Positions 1 through 7,584 of a stretch of 17,325 bases of DNA are shown in pieces. Position 1 is the first letter of the stretch. Each line of letters starts with the position of its first letter. The DNA comes from Atribacterota bacterium (lineage in GTDB: Bacteria; Atribacterota; Phoenicimicrobiia; Phoenicimicrobiales; Phoenicimicrobiaceae). The DNA lies in NCBI GenBank assembly GCA_038203565.1, contig JBBRDV010000028.1, positions 1 through 17,325 on the forward strand, in the 5' to 3' direction. The position numbers and the translations under genes were made by a program. The notes beneath the pieces were generated by a model. That model was not told the DNA's origin. It did no database searches and was given only the letters and a program-made list of their open reading frames with translations.

Positions 1-591
1 AATCACTAACTGCTCCCGCGATATACCGGGCATTTCAAAATCTAAGAACGATTTTCCCATAAAAAAATCTGCGGGTATGCCTAATAGACGCTCAACCGTC
101 TCATTACAGTAAATATGCTGCAGGTTGCTATTGAAACGCACGATCATATCAGGGGAATTTTGAATCAGTTTAGAAATTAACCTTTCGCTCTTCCGCAGCG
201 CCTCCTCCGCCTTCTTGCGCTCGGTGATATCACGGAAGACCATGGCGAAATAGCCGGGCTGGTCGCTGTAGACAGTTATTTCGTACCAGCGATCTTGCTG
301 GTTAAGGTACTGTTGAAAACGAATGCTCTGACCGGGTTCAATAGCTGTTACTCGATCGAAGACGCCGATCCAATCAAAGCTTAAGTCCTCAATTCCCGGA
401 CGTACTTCTTTCAACTTTTTACCAATAATATGGTCTCTTGGAAGCCCGGTCAGGGCCTCAAAGGATGAGTTGATCTCTAAGAAGATATAATCCACCGGTT
501 TTCCGGTGTTATCCCGGACCATTTTACAATAAGCTAATCCATCAGGTAGATTCTTTATCAGTAAGCGATATTTGTCTTTTCCTTGAATCAT
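1..591 (-). CDS. PAS-domain signalling protein, partial (N-terminal 197 codons; runs off the window's left edge)
   Basis: Not in the ORF track because it has no stop in the window. Manual translation from ATG at 591 (GAGG RBS upstream): MIQGKDKYRLLIKNLPDG...VFRDITERKKAEEALRKSERLISKLIQNSPDMIVRFNSNLQHIYCNETVERLLGIPADFFMGK. This is one complete PAS/PAC plus the start of a second PAS. Confidence 0.88.
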   Translation of the reverse strand, partial: MIQGKDKYRLLIKNLPDGLAYCKMVRDNTGKPVDYIFLEINSSFEALTGLPRDHIIGKKLKEVRPGIEDLSFDWIGVFDRVTAIEPGQSIRFQQYLNQQDRWYEITVYSDQPGYFAMVFRDITERKKAEEALRKSERLISKLIQNSPDMIVRFNSNLQHIYCNETVERLLGIPADFFMGKSFLDFEMPGISREQLVI

Positions 592-603
592 AAGTAGTAC
601 CTC
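214..603. repeat. Copy 1 of a ~390-bp near-identical direct repeat (RBS plus first PAS domain)
   Basis: Matches 2146-2534 at a constant offset of 1932 bp with scattered substitutions. Confidence 0.95.
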
Positions 604-687
604 TTTGCAAGTAATTTTTTTAAAATAAATGACCTGTCCCTTTTTTTAATTGAAAGTAAATATTAATTAATAAAATGGGATGTGTCC

Positions 688-2523
688 CTATTTATTTTCC
701 CACTGGAATCCTTTCTTCTTGAAAAGCTTCAAACAAGCATCCACGACCCTGGGGTCATAGAGTTTACCCTTGTTCTTGGTTATTTCCTCCAAGGCCTTAT
801 CCAGGCCTAAAGCTGGCCGGTAAGGTCGGTGAGAAGCCATAGCCTCAACTACGTCTGCTACCGCTAATATTCGGGCTTCCAGAAGAATAGCTTCACCGGA
901 TAAACCAGAAGGATAGCCGGAACCATCCATCCTTTCGTGATGTTGAAGTACGATGGAGGAAACCTCCCCGGGTAATTCCATTCCCTTTAATATATCACTA
1001 CCGACCTGAGGATGAATTTGGATAAGGCTCAATTCTATCTCGCTCAACCTGCCGGGCTTACTGAGAATCTCACTCGGAACGTTTATCTTGCCAATATCGT
1101 GAATAATCCCCGCTATATAAAGTCCTTCCATTTTATCTGGGGAAAGGCTTATTTCTTCAGCTATAGCGCAGGCAAGTTTAGTCACTCGTTTTTGGTGTCC
1201 AGTGGTGTAGGGGTCTCTTTTCTCCAAAATTAAAGCTATCGCCTGGATAGTGCTCTTCATAGCCTTTTGCAAATTCTGATAACTTAGCTTAAGTTCTTCT
1301 TCTATCTTTAAACGGGTAATCCCTTCTCCCATCAAGGTAGCGGCGATTTTTAGCACCTGTCTATTTATCTCAGAAACATCTTCTAATTTCTTGGAGCCAA
1401 GATTCAGACAGCCAATCACCTGGTTCTCGAAAATCAAGGGAAGTACTGCGAAAGCCTGCAGCTTTTCCGCTTTTCTAACCTCATCAAGGGGAAGATCAAA
1501 CTCTGGGTAGCGGGTAAAGAGCGGTTTCCCCTGCAGTACCAGGCAGGCATAGTTTGAATCCGCTCTATAATGCGATACGCTTTTTATAAAGGCGGGGGAA
1601 AGGTTTCTATGACAGATGAGGTTTAAATCACCGCTAGCCTGGTCAATAAGATAAATTCTGCCGCAATCCATTTCCGAAAGCTGGAGCATAGTATCCAGGC
1701 ATTTCGATAATGCTTCATCTATTTGGTGGCTGAAACTTATCGCCAGAGCCAGGTCTCGCTGAATCAATATAAGAAGTTCTGCCTGCTTGCGCTCGGTGAT
1801 GTCCATCGTGTAACCGACAAGGTAGCGATGTTTTCCGTTAACAAGTATTGGGAATTTTATGGTTGTATAAAACCGCCCGTTTAATTCTTCTTCAACCGTT
1901 ATTTGCTTTCCTTCATTTAAGACACGCAGGTCTTCGGCAATCATACTTTTTGCAAGGTCAGACGGAAATAGGTCATCCATGGTTTTGCCAAGCAATTCAT
2001 GCATCGGTTTCCCTAACATTTTCTCATAATTACTGCTCAATCGAATTACTTGGATTTTATCATTTTTGAAAAACACATAATTCGGACTGTTTTCCATGAA
2101 CTCTTTGAATATTTTATCGCTCTCCTGCAGCTCATCCTCCACCTGCTTGCGCTCGGTGATGTCATGAAAGACCACGGCGAAATAGCCAGGCTGGTAACTG
2201 TAGACGGTTATTTCGTACCAGCGATCTTGCTGGTTAAGGTACTGTTGGAAACGGATGTTCTGACCGGGTTCAATAGCTGTTACTCGATCGAAGACGCCTA
2301 TCCAATCAAAGCTTAAGTCCTCAATTCCCGGACGTACTTCTGTCAACTTTTTACCAATAATATGGTCTCTTGGGAACCCGGTCAGGGCCTCAAAGAAGGA
2401 GTTGATCTCTAAGAAGATATAATCCACCGGTTTTCCGGTGTTATCCCGGACCATTTTACAATAAGCTAATCCATCAGGCAGATTTTCTATCAGTAAACGA
2501 TATTTGTCTTTTTCTTGAATCAT
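688..2523 (-). CDS. PAS-PAS-GAF-HD-GYP domain protein, putative cyclic di-GMP phosphodiesterase
   Basis: Two PAS/PAC units ending DITERKQ and a GAF domain (AVLPLIFENQVIGCLNLGS). HD-GYP motifs DPYTTGHQKRV, HDIGK, HHERMDGSGYP, ADVVEAM..HRPYR. Start moved from 2565 (TTG) to ATG 2523, which has a GGAGG RBS and matches the paralogue start at 591. Confidence 0.93.
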   Translation of the reverse strand: MIQEKDKYRLLIENLPDGLAYCKMVRDNTGKPVDYIFLEINSFFEALTGFPRDHIIGKKLTEVRPGIEDLSFDWIGVFDRVTAIEPGQNIRFQQYLNQQDRWYEITVYSYQPGYFAVVFHDITERKQVEDELQESDKIFKEFMENSPNYVFFKNDKIQVIRLSSNYEKMLGKPMHELLGKTMDDLFPSDLAKSMIAEDLRVLNEGKQITVEEELNGRFYTTIKFPILVNGKHRYLVGYTMDITERKQAELLILIQRDLALAISFSHQIDEALSKCLDTMLQLSEMDCGRIYLIDQASGDLNLICHRNLSPAFIKSVSHYRADSNYACLVLQGKPLFTRYPEFDLPLDEVRKAEKLQAFAVLPLIFENQVIGCLNLGSKKLEDVSEINRQVLKIAATLMGEGITRLKIEEELKLSYQNLQKAMKSTIQAIALILEKRDPYTTGHQKRVTKLACAIAEEISLSPDKMEGLYIAGIIHDIGKINVPSEILSKPGRLSEIELSLIQIHPQVGSDILKGMELPGEVSSIVLQHHERMDGSGYPSGLSGEAILLEARILAVADVVEAMASHRPYRPALGLDKALEEITKNKGKLYDPRVVDACLKLFKKKGFQWENK

Positions 2524-2534
2524 AAGTAGTACCT
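2146..2534. repeat. Copy 2 of the ~390-bp near-identical direct repeat
   Basis: Matches 214-603 at offset 1932 bp. Confidence 0.95.
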
Positions 2535-2655
2535 CCAGGTAAGTATTTTTTCGCCAATATTTCAAAATCCTTCTCTAATTTACCTATATCATCAATGATT
2601 TCAGTTATATATATAATTATTCAGTTTATTATTATTTATTCTATCTTGGTTGCTT

Positions 2656-3945
2656 TTAAACTGTTTTGTAATCTGCTTTTTTTAACCTGACTTCCAATAT
2701 ATTATTTTTATACCTCTTGGTAAAACTATTGGTATTAACCACTACGGGAAGAGAAATTTCTTGATGATAATCTTTATCTGCATCAATAATAAGTTTATTA
2801 TTCGCCACACTTAACCGTAACTTATCTTCTTTAATACCCAACAGCTCTAAATAGACTATTAGTTCAGCGTCCTCATCAAATATGTCCAGAAGTGGTTCCT
2901 CTCTCTCTTGATGAGGCTGACCGGCGAGCCACCAACTAAAGGTAACTTTCTCGCCAGTTTCCCGGTCAACTTTTGAACTCTCGAATAAGAGTATAGGATA
3001 GCCGATTATCTTTTCAGCGGTGGGATTTATAATCTCCCTTATTTTAAGTAAAATATCCATATGGGTAGGAGCCTCTATGAGCTTGGCTAAGGTGTCGATC
3101 CTGGCGTGTCTGTTCTCATAAAGACACATAAGTATCTCTTTTGAATCGGCATCCAATTCGGTAATAATTTTATTTAAGGTCTCCCGGTCTACTTTTAGTA
3201 ATATTCTCTGATATAGTTCTTTTCTCCAGGTCTCTAAATTAAGTGATATAATCCATGCTTTTGATAATTCACCAGAAGATTCACATACTACACAGATAGT
3301 ATCACTTTGACTAACTCCGTAAACCCTTTTTTCTATTCTTAAATCCTTTATACTGCTGAGTGGTGTCTCCCATACAAATCCCGATTTATAGGTAAAAAAA
3401 GTGAGTTTCTTAGAGGTAAGAAGAAGAGTTCCCAGCCACCACCTTGATTGACCGGGAGTTAAATAACCACCCTTTTCCTTTAAAATTACTTCATCAGATT
3501 GCGCGTTAGAGGCTGTGGGCTGTGGATCAGAAGAGGTAGATTGTGACTCCGGCGTCCTCTCCTCAATTGCCTTTTTCCAATTCTCAGGATCTTTTATGGC
3601 AATATAGGGCACTCTCCTGCCTTCAGATACTATATTAAGTTGTTTTACTTTCTTGCCCAAAATCCATTCCCTCTTTACTATATTTATAGTCTTTATTTGA
3701 CTGAGTAGAACCTTGAATAGTATCTTTCTTCCCTGAACAAAAAGCAGTCTTTTATTGGTAAAGTATAAATTACCCAGTCTCCAAGATGAAGCAAGTGAAC
3801 TCCCGATATCGTAGCTTGCCGTATAATACTTAATCACTTCCTCGCCCGGTAGTAAAGGTAAACTAACTGGTTTTCTTATAGTATCTAAATCTCTTCTCAT
3901 ATTAAGATTACTTTCCTCTTTTACTTCCTGTGCTCTCTCTCGCAA
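2656..3945 (-). CDS. Multidomain protein: two PH/GRAM-like domains, a winged-helix-like domain and a C-terminal Hsp20/alpha-crystallin domain
   Basis: WRLGNLYFTNKRLLF and WWLGTLLLTSKKLTF fit the G-x-L-x-L-T-x-x-R-L-x-F GRAM/bPH signature. LDADSKEILMCLYENRHARIDTLAKLI is HTH-like. EPLLDIFDE...ELLGIKED...EISLP...YKNNILEVRLKK is an alpha-crystallin domain. Start is uncertain (TTG 3945 or ATG 3900). Confidence 0.75.
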   Translation of the reverse strand: MRERAQEVKEESNLNMRRDLDTIRKPVSLPLLPGEEVIKYYTASYDIGSSLASSWRLGNLYFTNKRLLFVQGRKILFKVLLSQIKTINIVKREWILGKKVKQLNIVSEGRRVPYIAIKDPENWKKAIEERTPESQSTSSDPQPTASNAQSDEVILKEKGGYLTPGQSRWWLGTLLLTSKKLTFFTYKSGFVWETPLSSIKDLRIEKRVYGVSQSDTICVVCESSGELSKAWIISLNLETWRKELYQRILLKVDRETLNKIITELDADSKEILMCLYENRHARIDTLAKLIEAPTHMDILLKIREIINPTAEKIIGYPILLFESSKVDRETGEKVTFSWWLAGQPHQEREEPLLDIFDEDAELIVYLELLGIKEDKLRLSVANNKLIIDADKDYHQEISLPVVVNTNSFTKRYKNNILEVRLKKADYKTV

Positions 3946-3969
3946 TTGATAATCCCTAATTCCTCATTT

Positions 3970-4593
3970 TCAATGGTTATTCCTCTCTTGAAACTGTGCT
4001 ATAGTTTCCAATATCTTTTCCTCAGTAAACGGCTTGTCAATGAAACCGTGAACCCCCTCCTGATTATTCGCTTCTGCCCTTTTTTCTTCACTGCCGTAAG
4101 CGGAAATCATGACTACTAATGCCTGCGGGGCTGCCGCTTTTATTTCGGGAAGCATATCCATTCCATTCCCGTCAGGTAACTTTAGGTCTAATAATACCAA
4201 ATTGGGCACCTTCTTCTTTAAACAGGCTATGCCTTTAATTATGCTATGGGCAACTGATACATTATATCCTTTGTTTTGTAAGGTATTGGTTAAGAGCCAG
4301 CACAAGTCTTTTTCGTCATCCACGATCAAAACATTCTTTATCTGCCTTTTGGGGTGCGGGATCGGCCTTAGTTCTTCCTTTTTCCTTCTTAATCGTGCCT
4401 GTTCCCTCTGTTCAAAAAAGGGTATCAGCTCTTCAAGTTCTTCGGGTTTGCGCCAGCCCGAAAGACCGCTTCTCCATACCAGTGCTTCGTCTGGTTTGAT
4501 AATACCATTTAAAATCCAGCTTTTCAGCTTGGAGTGATAGATTGATCTGTAGGTATCCGCCCCTCTTCTCACATCGTATTTTAGCTCTGACAT
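3970..4593 (-). CDS. Response regulator: N-terminal GYF_2/DUF4339-like domain and C-terminal receiver domain
   Basis: Receiver motifs VLIVDDE, LVLLD(phospho-acceptor)LKLPDGNG, MISAYG, FIDKPF. The N-terminus LKSWILNGIIKPDEALVWRSGLSGWRKPEELEEL fits the GYF_2 pattern. AGGAGAGG RBS. Confidence 0.85.
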   Translation of the reverse strand: MSELKYDVRRGADTYRSIYHSKLKSWILNGIIKPDEALVWRSGLSGWRKPEELEELIPFFEQREQARLRRKKEELRPIPHPKRQIKNVLIVDDEKDLCWLLTNTLQNKGYNVSVAHSIIKGIACLKKKVPNLVLLDLKLPDGNGMDMLPEIKAAAPQALVVMISAYGSEEKRAEANNQEGVHGFIDKPFTEEKILETIAQFQERNNH

Positions 4594-4611
4594 AACCTCT
4601 CCTTTTGGATT

Positions 4612-4703
4612 GAAGTCAGAAAACAGAGGTCAGAGGTCAGAGGTCAGAAATCAGAATTTTCTGTCTTCTGTTTTCTGTAATCTGTCTTCTGTCTTCTGAC
4701 TTC
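4612..4703. repeat. Inverted heptamer-array palindrome, copy A
   Basis: Six NNNCAGA units (aagtcaga aaacaga ggtcaga x3 aatcaga), then attt, then six TCTGNNN units ending tctgacttc. Forms a long imperfect hairpin. Confidence 0.9.
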
Positions 4704-5428
4704 TATTTTATGGGCAAAAATATAGTAAAGACAGAACCCCTTTTCCAAATGCTTTCTACACTTATTTCCCCGCCGTGACTTACCACAATCCCGTAAACTA
4801 TGGATAGACCCAGGCCTACTCCCATTCGCTTAGTGCTAAAAAAAGGATCAAATATCCTGATAATATCTTCTTCGGGGATACCTACCCCGGTATCTTGAAT
4901 CTTCACCACCATAAAGTCCCCTTCAATACTGGTATTGATGGTCATTGTGCCGCCTTTAAGCATGGCCTCAACAGAATTAATTACCACGTTCAAGAATACC
5001 CGGTTGATATGTTCCTTATCCACATTTATTATTGACGGCTTAGCGTCATATTTTTTAATCACCTTTATCCATTGTGTGGAAAGACTGCTCCTTATCGAAT
5101 CCAAAACGTTTTCTATAATCCCATGCATCTCATGGGGACGGATGTTAAGTTCCGGTGGTCGGGCACAGTTGAGGAGTTCGGTGATCAAAAAGTTAATCCT
5201 CTCCGTGTTTCTAATAATAACTTCAATATGTTTGGACCAGGGGCTATCTTCGCTATAGGCCTTCTTAAGCTGCTGGGCCGCTAAAGACACGTTGCCAAGC
5301 GGATTTCTTATCTCATGAGCTATACTGGCAGCTATTCTACCGGTAAAGGCAAGCCTTTCGGATAAAACCGATTCTTTGCCTTGATTGCCAACTCCTTCAT
5401 AAGAATCTTCACCTCTTGATCCGGACAT
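4703..5428 (-). CDS. Histidine kinase (HisKA + HATPase_c) with no sensor or transmembrane region
   Basis: H-box IAHEIRNPL, N-box FLNVVINSVEAM, G1 DTGVGI, F-box IFDPFFST, G2 GVGLGLSI. Only about 25 aa precede the HisKA helix. GGGAG RBS before the ATG. Confidence 0.92.
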   Translation of the reverse strand: MSGSRGEDSYEGVGNQGKESVLSERLAFTGRIAASIAHEIRNPLGNVSLAAQQLKKAYSEDSPWSKHIEVIIRNTERINFLITELLNCARPPELNIRPHEMHGIIENVLDSIRSSLSTQWIKVIKKYDAKPSIINVDKEHINRVFLNVVINSVEAMLKGGTMTINTSIEGDFMVVKIQDTGVGIPEEDIIRIFDPFFSTKRMGVGLGLSIVYGIVVSHGGEISVESIWKRGSVFTIFLPIK

Positions 5429-5445
5429 AATATTACTCCCTTCTT

Positions 5446-5531
5446 AATCAGAGGACAGAAGTCAGAAGTCATAATTTTCTGTCTTCTGTTATCTGTTTTC
5501 TGTCTTCTGTTATCTGTTTTCAGAAGACAGA
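5446..5531. repeat. Inverted heptamer-array palindrome, copy B
   Basis: aatcaga ggacaga agtcaga agtcata attt tctgtct tctgtta tctgttt tctgtct tctgtta tctgttt, then cagaagacaga overlapping the upstream gene's stop codon. Confidence 0.88.
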
Positions 5532-6284
5532 TGTTAAATTATTATTTCTTCTGTTTTCTGTCATCTTTTTTAGTCTCGGGCTAACCGGGCTAACCCAGCC
5601 GCAGCTTGAGCAGCCTTCTTCTAATAGTTCTTTTGCCAGGGCGGGTTTGCCGCACTGGGGACAGGTTTCGGTTTCCTCACTTTCAAACTCCGGAAGTATA
5701 AGGCTGGCCTCTAAAGAAAGTCCCATAGTTGCTAAATTTTGCTCAATAGCATCTTTTAACTGATTTATTTCTACTGCACTAAGCCGATGCACTTGATCCT
5801 GTTTATCTATAAGATAAAGTACCTGTTTTTTCTTTCCTTTAACCAAATGCGCCTCCTCTCTCGCTACCAATGCCTTTATTTCTTCTAATAGTGTCTGAAA
5901 GGTGATTTCATCAAAATCTTGACGGTAAAGAATAAGCCTTTTATTAGTTAAATAAAAATAGCCTGGTCTCCAGGCATTACATATCCCTTTACTATAGTAA
6001 TAAGAACCATACATTTTCAGGGTAATTTCTTCTCCTTCAACTAAAGAAAGGACATTTTTCTTCCGATGTTCTCTTTCCCAAGCCCTACTTTTTTCATCCC
6101 AGGCCTGCATCACCCCATATTTCAGCATTGTCTCCATTCCCGCCAATGCTGCCCTTAAATTGACACCGATTAAAGGAATGCCAGCCACTGAAATAATAAT
6201 ATCTGCATTAATTACCAATCCTTTATCTAAAATTCGATCTAACAGATCTACTAAAGTTGCGTGTGTATCTCTTGATGGTTCCAT
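5520..6284 (-). CDS. gvpJ: GvpA/GvpJ-family gas vesicle protein fused to a PH/GRAM-like domain and a C4 zinc ribbon
   Basis: N-terminal TLVDLLDRILDKGLVINADIIISVAGIPLIGVNLRAALAGMET is the GvpA/J/M signature. Central WRPGYFYLTNKRLILY. C-terminal CPQC-x13-CSSC. AAGGAGG RBS. Confidence 0.8.
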   Translation of the reverse strand: MEPSRDTHATLVDLLDRILDKGLVINADIIISVAGIPLIGVNLRAALAGMETMLKYGVMQAWDEKSRAWEREHRKKNVLSLVEGEEITLKMYGSYYYSKGICNAWRPGYFYLTNKRLILYRQDFDEITFQTLLEEIKALVAREEAHLVKGKKKQVLYLIDKQDQVHRLSAVEINQLKDAIEQNLATMGLSLEASLILPEFESEETETCPQCGKPALAKELLEEGCSSCGWVSPVSPRLKKMTENRRNNNLTSVF

Positions 6285-6329
6285 CTTTCCTCCTTCGCTT
6301 CCACTCAGTCGGTGGTTTACAGTTTACCC

Positions 6330-6351
6330 GTCCCTCGCTTTTGCTCGGGAC
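6330..6351. repeat. Short REP-like imperfect palindrome
   Basis: gtccc-tc-gc-tttt-gc-tc-gggac: a stem with a central TC/TC mismatch, in the intergenic region. Confidence 0.5.
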
Positions 6352-6394
6352 TGTTTACGATTTGTGGTTTCTTGCCGTAAACCCTCATTCGTCG

Positions 6395-7159
6395 TTAGAC
6401 GAATGAGTACGGTGGCCAGGGACCGGTAAAACGAACAAAAAATCCTTTTAGATGGTCAATTTTCTCTAGTTCTTCACCCAGTATTTTACTCTTTCCCTTA
6501 AAAAGCAAACAAGAGAGATTCAACAGCATTTGTTTATCTTCTTCAAGTTTTTTGGTCTTTTCTACTTTAATTTGGTCGACACACCTTTTAATCTGCTCAT
6601 AAAAATCTTTAAAATATCTATCTGCTTCTTTTTCTATCTCTTTTTTTAATAAGTTCTCTAATTTCTGCTTATACATATAAGCTAAGCCCCTTGATTTGGA
6701 TTTTATCTCCTCACTCAATTTCTTAATCTCAGAGTTTGTCTCAATGAGCCCTTCGCTGATAGTTTTGGGGTCCCAAAATACCTGCACTCCAAACTCAGCT
6801 CTGTCTTTGAGCTTAGCCAGTTTTTGTTTTAAGTTTTCGTAATCACCCTTTAACCACTTCTTTATGTTCTCATCGGGGACAACACCCTCTTCACCCTTAA
6901 TGATGGTATCAAATCCCAGGGGTAAAACCGTGCCAAATCTTTCCCAGGCAATCTCCACAACTTTCGCGTGAGTAGTTAACCATAATTTAACCTTTTCCTG
7001 GTCATCTGATTTATATGGTTCTGATAGACAATTATGAACTACAGCACTTAAATCTTGATAGGGGATAGTGTAAACGCTACTACCCTCTATTCCAATATTA
7101 CCAAGGGTTATCTTTTCATTCCCCTCGACTATACAATAAAGATATCTTGCTTCAGCCAT
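6395..7159 (-). CDS. gvpL: GvpL/GvpF family gas vesicle protein
   Basis: RYLYCIV, DLSAVVH, H.KVVE, TVLPLGFDTII, EFGVQVFW, LLNLSCLL, FTGPWPPYSFV. Confidence 0.9.
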   Translation of the reverse strand: MAEARYLYCIVEGNEKITLGNIGIEGSSVYTIPYQDLSAVVHNCLSEPYKSDDQEKVKLWLTTHAKVVEIAWERFGTVLPLGFDTIIKGEEGVVPDENIKKWLKGDYENLKQKLAKLKDRAEFGVQVFWDPKTISEGLIETNSEIKKLSEEIKSKSRGLAYMYKQKLENLLKKEIEKEADRYFKDFYEQIKRCVDQIKVEKTKKLEEDKQMLLNLSCLLFKGKSKILGEELEKIDHLKGFFVRFTGPWPPYSFV

Positions 7160-7160
7160 T

Positions 7161-7484
7161 TTAAATTCCTTTCTCCTCCGCCTCTTTCTTCCACCTTTCG
7201 GGATTTATCATCTTGTCTAATACCTCATCCACAATGCTATCCAGCCCATCTCTTACGGATTTAACTGATTCAGTAACACCCTGTTCCTTTTTTATCTCTT
7301 CAATAGCAACATCTAAATCCATAAGGGCTTCCCCGAGTCTCTCCATCTCCTCCTCAGATAAACTGCCTCCCTCCATACGCTTCATTGCCTGGAGGTTAAG
7401 AGCATCTTTAATTATTTCTACTAAGGCAATGACTAAACCTAAAACCCCGTGTTTTAGATTGTCGGTATCAATATCGATTGACAT
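7161..7484 (-). CDS. gvpK: Gas vesicle protein GvpK
   Basis: GVLGLVIALVEIIKDALNLQAMKRMEGGSLSEEEMERLGEALMDL is the GvpK signature. AGGAG RBS. Confidence 0.9.
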   Translation of the reverse strand: MSIDIDTDNLKHGVLGLVIALVEIIKDALNLQAMKRMEGGSLSEEEMERLGEALMDLDVAIEEIKKEQGVTESVKSVRDGLDSIVDEVLDKMINPERWKKEAEEKGI

Positions 7485-7497
7485 CTTTCGCTCCTTT

Positions 7498-7584
7498 AAT
7501 CAGAGGTCAGAAGACAGAAGTCAGAGGACAGAGGTCAGAAGACAGAATTCTCTGTATTCTGTTTTCTGTTTTCTGTTTTCTGTT
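7498..7584. repeat. Inverted heptamer-array palindrome, copy C
   Basis: aatcaga ggtcaga agacaga agtcaga ggacaga ggtcaga agacaga attc tctgtat tctgttt x3 tctgtt. Confidence 0.9.

Noticed and set aside
2524..2565. TTG start for the HD-GYP gene
   Set aside because: The RBS and the duplicated paralogue both point to ATG 2523.
3511..3526. GCTGTGG tandem in the PH-PH linker as a repeat insertion
   Set aside because: Only two units; could be chance within a low-complexity linker.
4612..7584. Heptamer arrays as a CRISPR array
   Set aside because: No unique spacers, 7-bp units in inverted arrangement, and no cas genes.
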